From an uncultured Planctomycetota bacterium (GTDB lineage: Bacteria; Planctomycetota; Planctomycetia; Isosphaerales; Isosphaeraceae): 64,000 nt of DNA. Within the stretch, counting starts at the first letter, position 1, and every line of letters starts with the position of its first letter. A program made the translations under genes and the position numbers. The stretch is from the NCBI GenBank assembly GCA_963823665.1, contig CAWGMQ010000004.1, forward strand, positions 1,312,001 to 1,376,000. Reading direction: 5' to 3'. The notes under the pieces were generated by a model. It saw nothing but the letters and a program-made list of their open reading frames with translations. It ran no database searches and was not told the DNA's origin. Shown here in pieces: positions 38,579-46,868 of the stretch.

Positions 38579-39814
38579 ATGATGTCCGAACTCAAGCGCC
38601 GGGAATTCTTGACCGGGGCAGCAGCGATTGCCGCGACCGCAACCGCTACACGCGCCGGGGCCGGACAGGCCCCGGCCGATGACAACCCGCCACGACCAGT
38701 TCGCGGCACCGCGGGGGCCCCGATCATCGGCCCGTCGAACCCTTCGCGCGAGGCCCAGAGCCCGGACAGGCTCAGTCCGCCGGCGACGGACGGCGGCACG
38801 CTGCCCACCTTGCGATGGTCGTTCGCCGATAGCCACATCAAGATGCGGGAAGGGGGCTGGTCGCGGCAGACGACGATCCGCGAGATACCCGCCTCGACGG
38901 ACCTCGCCATGGTCAACATGCGGCTCAAGGCCGGCGGCGTTCGCGAGCTGCACTGGCACAAGCCGGCTGAGTGGGCCTTCATGCTCAAAGGCCGGGCGCG
39001 GATCACCGCGATCGATCCGGACGGCCGCGCGTTTCAGGATGATGTCGGCGAAGGTGACCTCTGGAACTTCCCCTCGGGAATCCCGCACTCAATTCAGGGC
39101 CTCGAGGGCGATGGCTGCGAGTTTCTGCTCGTCTTCGACGACGGAAACTTCAGTGAAGACAGCACGTTCTCGGTCACGGACTGGCTCGCCCATACACCCC
39201 GCGAGGTTCTGGCCAAGAACTTCGGCGTGCCCGAAGGCGCCTTTGCAGGCATCCCCGAGAAGGAGCTATTCATCTTCCAGTCGAAGGTGCCCGGCCCGCT
39301 CGCGGCCGACCGCGTCAAGGGCGCAGGGCCGCTGCCGTCATCGTTCAGCTACCGGCTGCTGGCCCAGGAGCCGATCCGCACGAAGGGAGGATCGGTCCGC
39401 ATCTCGGACTCGACCACCTTCCCGGTGGCGACGACAATCGCCGCCGCGTTCGTCGAAGTCGAGCCCGGCGGCATGCGCGAGCTGCACTGGCACCCGAACG
39501 CGAACGAGGCGCAGTACTATATCTCCGGCCAGGCGCGGATGACGGTCTTCGCCGCCGATGCCACCGCGGGCACCTTCGACTACCAGCCGGGCGACGTCGG
39601 TTTCGTGCCTCGGAACATGGGCCACTACATCGAGAACACCGGCAAAACCAAACTACAGTTCCTCGAACTGTGGAGGACCGACAAGTTCGCAGACGTCTCG
39701 CTCCGGCAATTGCTGGCGTTCACGCCGTTCGAGCTGGTGCAGGCGAATCTGAAAATCGATCGCTCGGTTTTGTCAAACATCCCGACTCACAAGACGCCCG
39801 TCGTGCCGGCCTGA
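38579..39814 (+). CDS. oxdC: Oxalate decarboxylase family bicupin with a Tat signal peptide
   Basis: Two cupin motifs ('RELHWHKPAEW', 'RELHWHPNANE'), 'GIPHSIQG', lid 'FSEDSTF'; N-terminal 'KRREFL'. Confidence 0.9.
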   Translation: MMSELKRREFLTGAAAIAATATATRAGAGQAPADDNPPRPVRGTAGAPIIGPSNPSREAQSPDRLSPPATDGGTLPTLRWSFADSHIKMREGGWSRQTTIREIPASTDLAMVNMRLKAGGVRELHWHKPAEWAFMLKGRARITAIDPDGRAFQDDVGEGDLWNFPSGIPHSIQGLEGDGCEFLLVFDDGNFSEDSTFSVTDWLAHTPREVLAKNFGVPEGAFAGIPEKELFIFQSKVPGPLAADRVKGAGPLPSSFSYRLLAQEPIRTKGGSVRISDSTTFPVATTIAAAFVEVEPGGMRELHWHPNANEAQYYISGQARMTVFAADATAGTFDYQPGDVGFVPRNMGHYIENTGKTKLQFLELWRTDKFADVSLRQLLAFTPFELVQANLKIDRSVLSNIPTHKTPVVPA

Positions 39815-39961
39815 GAACGTTGCGCGGGCAGGCATCGCGCGGCCCGCAGTGGAGATCTCTCCGCCCCGCGTCGCGCGATGAATCACACCCCCCCGGCCGA
39901 GTTCTCGGTTTCGTGTGAAGCCGACAGCGGCCTGCTCAGCCTTCCGGAGGTGGCGATCATG

Positions 39962-40007
39962 AGCGCCAGCCAGTCCTCGACTCGCAAGCCTGGCAGTTCT
40001 CGGGCGC
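39962..40007. repeat. 46-bp direct repeat, left copy (flanks the RiPP locus)
   Basis: 41/46 identical to 43321-43366. Confidence 0.8.
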
Positions 40008-40247
40008 CCCGGCGGCCAACCCTCTCCGCCGAGCCCATCTATCGGCGCGACGTACGGTTGACGGATTTCGAGGCGTTCGGCGAGGACGACCTGTATGGCG
40101 AGAGCTCCTCAACCGCGAGATCGATTGCCTCGAATAACAGACCAGCGCCAACCCGCCGATCCTCCACCGCAAGGAATCCGGGTTCGCACCCGATCACCCA
40201 CTGTGCTCATGGTTGCCCGGACGCCGCTCTGGGCACGATCGTAATGG

Positions 40248-42146
40248 TCACCAATTTGGGTTCGAGGGGATCGCCAGGCTGAGATACTTGCCCTCTTCAC
40301 TCAGCATCAGCCGCGCACGACAGAATCCGTCCATTGCATCACGCACTTCCTCGGCAGAGTATTCATACTCCTCCGGCGCGCTCCGCAGTAGTCTCACGAC
40401 CTGTTCGACAGTATGCATCGTTTCAACGCATAACTCATATATTAACGCCAGTGGTCCTGAGAGGCTGTATGTGCCCCGTCGCTCCTGCCCCCAGGAGTAA
40501 TCAATCCAGAGGCAGTCGGGGGTGCGCCGATATGTCAAAGTATGTCGTTCGTCCGAAGTCCAGAGCCGTTGCCATTCAGAGATCCAGTCTTGGGTCTTTC
40601 GATGTACGTCCTCAGGGACCGTCTCGCCCATCTCGTAATCAAAGAAGTAAGCCGCTTTATCGAGATTGACGTGAGATGGATAGACGAAACGGTAGCTCGC
40701 TTCAGGCCGGACATCCCGAACCGGAAACGAGTCTCGATCAAAAAAATACGGCGAGAAACGTTCAAGCCAGATTCGGCCGGCGCCGACGGGCGGCTCGAGA
40801 TGGCGGATGCACTCGAGTACTTCAAATTGTTTCTCGTAATCCTCTCGCGTCTCACCCGGAAAGCCCCGAAGCAAATTCCAGGATGCATTGATGTTATAAT
40901 AGCGACACCATTTCAGACAACGCACGTTCTGGAGCATGGTGCAGCCCTTCCTCATCAGTGAGAGGACATGCGTGCTCATACTTTCTATTCCGGGCTGAAT
41001 GCGGCGAACGCCACCCCTGTACAGAGCCTGAATCTGGGCTTTCGTCAGATTGGCTTTGACCTCGTAGAAGAAGCGGAAGTCGGTCTTGGCAGTCTCGATT
41101 TTTGAGAAAAAATTGGTAACATATTTTACATCCACAATGTTGTCAACGGCTTCAAACGAGCTGATACGATATCTGCGCGTCTGCTCGGAGAGCTCCTCCA
41201 GCACCTTTCCAGGCGACTTTGCGCGAAAAGTCATCCCCAGACCGTTCAGGCCGCAAAAAGTGCAGTGATGTTTCTGGCCCCACCAGCAGCCGCGTGAGCT
41301 CTCGAAAGGGAGGATCCATTGCCTGCTGTACTCCCGCTCCAGGCCGAGTTGAGTCACGCGATGAAAATAGGCGTCGTAGTTGGGCGCGGGCGAGCCCTCC
41401 AGAGTGGCGACCGGGGCGGCCTGGTGCTCGAATATGAGCCCCTCGGGTGCACGTGCTACCAGGCCGGATAACGAGCCGGAAAACCCACCTGCGGATAAGG
41501 CACCCAACAATGCCGGGAATACCAGGTCTCCTTCCCCGACGACAACATAATCGATGAACGGAAAAGCTCGCGCGTACTCGGGGCCCATCTCTCCTTCCAT
41601 ATTAGCGCCGCCGAAAACGATGGTGACGCTCGGGTGTGACATCTTGATGAGCCGCGCAAGCGCCAGGCATGCCACGTTCTGCTGGAATGTGGAGCTGAAT
41701 CCCACAACTCGATAGCGGCTCCACTCGACCGCCCGGAAGCAGTCCTCGACGAACCGAGGTAAAACCTCCCGGCGCAAATCAATCAAATAGGCAGGATCGC
41801 GACCAATATCGCGGGACCATTGGGCCTCACCAGGGAATGCTTGAAAGTAACCGCCATCGTCTGACAGCTCCGGATCGCCGAACGCTGCGCGGGCGAATAA
41901 CCACTCCCCTGTCATCGGTCCTCGTTGATCAGACAACTTCTCGTACAGGTCTGGCCCGAGCAGGGCCGCAAGCTCCAGGTTGAAATAATGGGTATCGGTG
42001 GGAAACCCCGCGTTTAGAGCGATCGCATGCATCAGGCCTACTTGAATCGATGGCCTGTTTGCCTTGGCAAAGGGCATACAGATAAGCGCGACACGAAAAT
42101 CGGCCGTCGCCGGATCCGGCTCGTATACCTCGCTACGCTCGTGCAT
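40248..42146 (-). CDS. RiPP-maturation B12-dependent radical SAM C-methyltransferase (TIGR03975 / PoyC-like)
   Basis: N-terminal cobalamin-binding region ('LICMPF...PSIQVGL', 'VVGFSSTFQQN', 'FGGAN', 'GEGD'), CX7CX2C motif 'SRGCWWGQKHHCTFCGLNG', 'IQPGIES', 'LERFSPYF'. Confidence 0.92.
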   Translation of the reverse strand: MHERSEVYEPDPATADFRVALICMPFAKANRPSIQVGLMHAIALNAGFPTDTHYFNLELAALLGPDLYEKLSDQRGPMTGEWLFARAAFGDPELSDDGGYFQAFPGEAQWSRDIGRDPAYLIDLRREVLPRFVEDCFRAVEWSRYRVVGFSSTFQQNVACLALARLIKMSHPSVTIVFGGANMEGEMGPEYARAFPFIDYVVVGEGDLVFPALLGALSAGGFSGSLSGLVARAPEGLIFEHQAAPVATLEGSPAPNYDAYFHRVTQLGLEREYSRQWILPFESSRGCWWGQKHHCTFCGLNGLGMTFRAKSPGKVLEELSEQTRRYRISSFEAVDNIVDVKYVTNFFSKIETAKTDFRFFYEVKANLTKAQIQALYRGGVRRIQPGIESMSTHVLSLMRKGCTMLQNVRCLKWCRYYNINASWNLLRGFPGETREDYEKQFEVLECIRHLEPPVGAGRIWLERFSPYFFDRDSFPVRDVRPEASYRFVYPSHVNLDKAAYFFDYEMGETVPEDVHRKTQDWISEWQRLWTSDERHTLTYRRTPDCLWIDYSWGQERRGTYSLSGPLALIYELCVETMHTVEQVVRLLRSAPEEYEYSAEEVRDAMDGFCRARLMLSEEGKYLSLAIPSNPNW

Positions 42147-42315
42147 GACTGGTTCCGCCTGGAATACGAATCCCGATTGAAGAGAAGGGCTCCGCGCGGT
42201 TTCAACGGGTAGAACAGGAGCGAACGATGATTTTCCCCAGTCGACACGTTTCTTCCGAAACCCGAAGAAACCCCGGGGAAAATCGCACGACTTCGGCGAA
42301 ACAACAACACGGGAA

Positions 42316-42525
42316 TTACTGGGGTTTGCCAATATGTACCGTTCCCGTTCCCGATACTGTGCCGCCGGAGATTTTCCTCAGCTCGTCATCGGAAAGACCA
42401 CGCGTGTCACTCTCTTTTTCCAGTTCCTTCTCGAGCGTCTCCTTCAGAGTCTCATGGGTTTTCTTCCCCGTCGGGGGAGACACCGGATTTGCACCGGCCG
42501 TGTCATCGATCGGTTGGTCAGCCAT
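42316..42525 (-). CDS. RiPP precursor peptide A2 (69 aa; double-Gly leader, core TVSGTGTVHIGKPQ)
   Basis: AGGAGA RBS; leader ends 'LSDDELRKISGG'; lies directly upstream of the rSAM gene. Confidence 0.85.
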   Translation of the reverse strand: MADQPIDDTAGANPVSPPTGKKTHETLKETLEKELEKESDTRGLSDDELRKISGGTVSGTGTVHIGKPQ

Positions 42526-42742
42526 GTTCGTCTCTCCTGCTCTTTCGTCAAATGTCTCGATGAGCTCCGGTCGAATGGACCGGGCCAGCTCGTCGCAAAC
42601 GACCACGAACCGTCTTCAAGCCGCCGATTCAAACCAAGATTTGCCTCCCCGAGATGACCGGAAGTTCACGGGACACGAAGCTCGAAACCCGAGAAAACCC
42701 CGGGGAAAATCGCACGACTTCGGCGCAACGACAACACGGGAA

Positions 42743-42943
42743 TTACTGGCGAATTGCTGAGTTGGAAGGATGTGCTGTCCCAGCGGAGATTTTCCTCAGC
42801 TCCTCATCGGAAAGACCACGCGTGTCACTCTCTTTTTCCAGTTCCTTCTCGAGCGTCTCCTTCAGAGACTCATTGGTTTTCTTCCCCGTCGCGGGAGACA
42901 CCGGATTTGCACCGGCCGTGTCATCGATCGGTTGGTCAGCCAT
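42743..42943 (-). CDS. RiPP precursor peptide A1 (66 aa; leader ending AG, core TAHPSNSAIRQ)
   Basis: AGGAGA RBS; leader ends 'LSDEELRKISAG' and is nearly identical to that of A2. Confidence 0.85.
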   Translation of the reverse strand: MADQPIDDTAGANPVSPATGKKTNESLKETLEKELEKESDTRGLSDEELRKISAGTAHPSNSAIRQ

Positions 42944-43320
42944 GTTCATCTCTCCTGCTCTTTCGTCAAATGTCTCGATGAGCGCCGGTCGAATGGACCG
43001 GGCCAGCTCGTCGCAAACGACCACGAACCGTCTTCAAGCCGCCGATTCAAACCAAGATTTGCCTCCCCGAGATGACCGGAAGTTCACGGGACACGACGCT
43101 TGACTCGACCGCGTTCGAAGTCTGAGCGGACCCCGAAAACCGGTCACCGAAACCGCCATGACCCAGATCGGCCCCGAGCGAATCGCGAGAGACCCCGATT
43201 GTCCTACAGTTCTTGTTACCGAAACTTCTCCCGAAATCTGACTCGGTCGCTGGAAAATTTCTCTGGGGAACGGAAGACTGAGCGTAAACCAGCTCTTTGA
43301 TAGGGTCGGGCGCGCCATCA

Positions 43321-43366
43321 AGCGCCAGCCAGTTCTCGACTTGCAAGCCTGGTACTTATCGGGCGC
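43321..43366. repeat. 46-bp direct repeat, right copy (flanks the RiPP locus)
   Basis: 41/46 identical to 39962-40007. Confidence 0.8.
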
Positions 43367-43580
43367 ACGCACGGCCGGCCCTCTCCGCTGCCGTCGTGCT
43401 CGCCGGAACCGATCGATTCGCCAACAATTCAAAGTACGGGTAAAATAATGCGCCGGGTCAGGCCGCAATCGACACTTGGTTCGCCATGAACCGATTGCGA
43501 GCTCGGTCACCCATGCGTGAGGTCACACGCTCGCTGGAAAACCGTGACCGGCATTTCTTCGCATCGCAACTTCGGAAGCT

Positions 43581-43703
43581 GCCAGTGATCCGTTCGACCC
43601 GCCCGGGGCTAGCCGACGCCCCCGCAGACCTTTCCCCCCCTCGCAAAGGGGGGGCCAGGGGGGGTGAAGGGCGCCACCCGCCAGTGATCCGATCGACCCG
43701 CCC
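43581..43703. repeat. REP-like C/G-run hairpin flanked by 24-bp direct repeats upstream of cysD
   Basis: 'gccagtgatccgWtcgacccgccc' at 43581 and 43680, enclosing 'ccccccctcgcaaagggggg'. Confidence 0.65.
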
Positions 43704-43764
43704 CCTACCCGACGGAGAAGTGGATTTCCTATAATCAATCGGCGACAGACCACCAGGAGACCGG

Positions 43765-44679
43765 ATGATCAGCAGCAGTTACAACCTGACCCATCTGAAA
43801 TTCCTCGAGGCTGAGAGCATCCACATCATCCGCGAGGTAGCCGCCGAGTTCGAGCGGCCGGTGATGCTCTACTCAATCGGCAAGGACTCCGCCGTCATGC
43901 TGCGGCTGGCGCAGAAGGCGTTCCACCCCGGACGGCTGCCCTTCCCGCTGCTGCACGTCGATACGACCTGGAAGTTCCGGGCGATGATCGAGTTCCGCGA
44001 TCGGTTCTGTCGCGAACAGGGCCTCGACTTGAAAGTCTGGATCAACCCGGAGGGCCGGGCCCAGAACATCAACCCGTTCGACCACGGCTCGAAAAAGCAC
44101 ACCGACATCATGAAGACGGCGGCGCTGAAGCAAGCGCTCAACCACTACCAGTTCGACGCGGCGTTCGGCGGTGCCCGTCGCGACGAGGAGAAGAGCCGGG
44201 CCAAGGAGCGCGTCTACAGCTTCCGCGACCGCCTGCACCAGTGGGACCCGAAGAACCAGCGGCCGGAGCTCTGGAATCTGTACAACAGCAAGGTGAACAA
44301 GGGCGAGAGCATCCGCGCCTTCCCGCTGAGCAACTGGACCGAGCTGGACGTCTGGCAATACGTCCACCTGGAGAACATCCCCATCGTGCCGCTCTACTTC
44401 GCTGACGTCCGCCCGGTCGTCGAGCGCGACGGCACGCTCATCATGGTGGACGACGAGCGGATGCCATTGCTGCCCGGCGAGGAGCCGATGATGAAGCGGG
44501 TGCGGTTCCGCACGCTGGGCTGCTATCCGCTCACGGGGGCGATCGAGAGCAACGCGACGACGCTGCCGGAGATCATCGAGGAGATGCTGCTGGCGAGGAA
44601 CTCCGAGCGGCAGGGCCGGGTGATCGACCACGATGAGACGGGGTCGATGGAGCAGAAGAAGCGCGAGGGGTACTTCTGA
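43765..44679 (+). CDS. cysD: Sulfate adenylyltransferase subunit 2
   Basis: '[12 protein letters not shown]', '[10 protein letters not shown]', '[15 protein letters not shown]', '[12 protein letters not shown]', '[10 protein letters not shown]'. Confidence 0.96.
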   Translation: MISSSYNLTHLKFLEAESIHIIREVAAEFERPVMLYSIGKDSAVMLRLAQKAFHPGRLPFPLLHVDTTWKFRAMIEFRDRFCREQGLDLKVWINPEGRAQNINPFDHGSKKHTDIMKTAALKQALNHYQFDAAFGGARRDEEKSRAKERVYSFRDRLHQWDPKNQRPELWNLYNSKVNKGESIRAFPLSNWTELDVWQYVHLENIPIVPLYFADVRPVVERDGTLIMVDDERMPLLPGEEPMMKRVRFRTLGCYPLTGAIESNATTLPEIIEEMLLARNSERQGRVIDHDETGSMEQKKREGYF

Positions 44680-44680
44680 A

Positions 44681-46617
44681 ATGCAAGCTGTTGACCTGAG
44701 TCAGGAAGACATCCACACTTACCTCGCCCGCCACCAGAAGAAGGAGCTCCTGCGCTTCCTCACCTGCGGCAGCGTCGACGACGGCAAGAGCACGCTCATC
44801 GGCCGGCTGCTGCACGACACCAAGATGATCTACGAGGACCAGCTCGCCGCCGTGAAACGCGACAGTGAAAAGGTCGGCACCACCGGCGCCGGCGAGATCG
44901 ACCTCGCCCTGCTGACCGACGGCCTGAAGGCCGAGCGCGAGCAGGGAATCACCATCGACGTCGCGTATCGCTACTTCTCGACCGACCGCCGCAAATTCAT
45001 CATCGCCGACACGCCGGGCCACGAGCAGTACACGCGCAACATGGCCACCGGCGCCTCGACTGCTCAACTGGCCATCATCCTGATCGACGCCCGCCACGGC
45101 GTCATGACCCAGACCCGCCGGCACTCGTTCATCGTGTCGCTGCTGGGCATCCGGCACGTGGTCGTCGCCATCAACAAGATGGACTTGGTCGACTACTCTC
45201 GCGACGTCTTCGAGCGCATCAAGGACGACTACACCGGCTTCGTCGCCAAGCTCGAGCTGCGCGACATCACCTTCATCCCGATGTCGGCGCTCAAGGGCGA
45301 CAACGTCGCGTCCAAGAGCGACGCAATACCGTGGTATTCCGGCCCGCCGCTGCTGGATCACCTGGAGACGGTGCACATCGCCAGCGACCGCAACCTGACC
45401 GACTTGCGTTTCCCGGTGCAGTACGTCATCCGCCCCAATCTCGACTTCCGCGGCTTCGCCGGCACGGTTGCGTCCGGCGTCCTGCGCAAGGGCGACGAGG
45501 TGATGGTGCTGCCGTCGGGCAAGCGCAGCCAGGGTGAAGTCGATCGTGACGTACGACGGCGAGCTGGAAGAAGCGTTCGCGGCACAGGCCGTGACCGTGA
45601 CGCTGACCGACGAGGTGGACGTCAGCCGCGGCGACATGCTGGTGCTGCCGGACAATCCGCCGCACGTCGAGCAGCGAGATCGAGGCGATGGTGGTGTGGA
45701 TGGCCGAGCAGCCGTTCGTGCCCGGCCGGCCGTATACGCTGAAGCAAACCACGCGACAGGTGACGGCGGAGGTCGCGTCATTCCGCTACGGCGTCGACGT
45801 CAACACCCTGGAGCACCGAGCCATCGCACGGCTGGGGCTGAACGAGGTCGGGCACGTGCAGCTTAGCCTGACGCAGCCGCTGGCGTGCGACCCGTACCGC
45901 ACCAACGCCGCGACCGGGGCGTTCATCCTGATCGACCGGCTGACGAACAACACGGTCGGAGCGGGGATGATCCTGGAGACCGGAAGCGGCCGGGCTCCGG
46001 GCGACGCCTGGGCGGCGCAGCCGGCGGAGCGTCTCAAGCCGCGCGAGAGCCTGATCGCGCCGGCCGAGCGCGAGCAGCGCTTCGGCCACGTGCCGATGAC
46101 GGTGCTTCTGGTGGGGCTGACGGGGAGCGGCAAGAGCCGGATCGCGTACGGGCTCGAGCGCCGCCTGTGGGACGAGGGCCGGGCAGTGACGGTGTTGTAC
46201 GGCCAGAGCATGCGACAGGGTCTGAACCGCGACCTGGGGTTCACCGCAGACGACCGCTCGGAGAACCTGCGGCGGTCGGCCGAGGTGGCGAAATTGATGA
46301 ACGACGCGGGGGTGATCACCATCGCGGCGTTCGTGGCACCACACGAGGCGGTGCGCGAGAAGGCGAAGCAGTTGATCGGCCGGGACCGCGTGCTTGAGGT
46401 GTACTGCACGGCGCCGATGGAGGTACTGCGGGCGCGCGACCAGAGCGGCGCGTACCGATTGGCTGACGCGGGCACGATCGCGCAGATGCCGGGCGTGACT
46501 GCGGCCTTCGAGGAGCCAAAAACGCCCGACCTCGTGCTGGAGACCGACCGGATCAGCGTCGACGAGAGCGTCAACCGCATCGTCGAGTTGATGAAGTCGA
46601 GGGGATATATACTCTAG
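44681..46617 (+). CDS. cysNC: Bifunctional sulfate adenylyltransferase subunit 1 / APS kinase (two frameshifts, ~45530 and ~45675)
   Basis: '[16 protein letters not shown]', '[15 protein letters not shown]', '[17 protein letters not shown]'; continues as 'VDVSRGDML', '[18 protein letters not shown]', 'GLTGSGKS', '[15 protein letters not shown]'. Confidence 0.92.
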
Positions 46618-46868
46618 CGTTCGACCGGAAAAGGTGCCAGGAACCGAAAACGGCTTTCCCGTCACACGTCATCTGGTGGATGCCAGCCCGCGAGCACCCA
46701 GTAGGTGGCCGAGTGACGCCCGGCGTCGATGTTGATCCCGGTTGACCCACGCACCATCCAGTTCGGGGCGAAGTTCCACCAGAACTCCGCGGACGGAGTA
46801 ATGACCGGTGGGGCCCGTGGGGTTGGAGGCGATGAACGAGACCACGGCCAGCAGCTCCAAACGCTGGT

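Larger units (their letters stand above)
42256..43096. repeat. Tandem duplication of a ~420-bp precursor cassette (units 42256-42678 and 42683-43096)
   Basis: Upstream non-coding, leader-coding and downstream non-coding DNA are near-identical; only the core-coding segment differs (offset 427 bp on one side, 418 bp on the other). Confidence 0.92.

Noticed and set aside
42147..42332. 62-aa N-terminal extension of the rSAM ORF
   Set aside because: It overlaps the precursor stop and the duplicated non-coding segment; family-like sequence starts only after the Met at 42146.
2880..45700. Programmed frameshifting or phase variation in the giant gene, the ldh gene and cysNC
   Set aside because: Frameshifts are scattered over unrelated genes including housekeeping cysNC and show no common slippery motif; sequencing or assembly indels are the simpler explanation.
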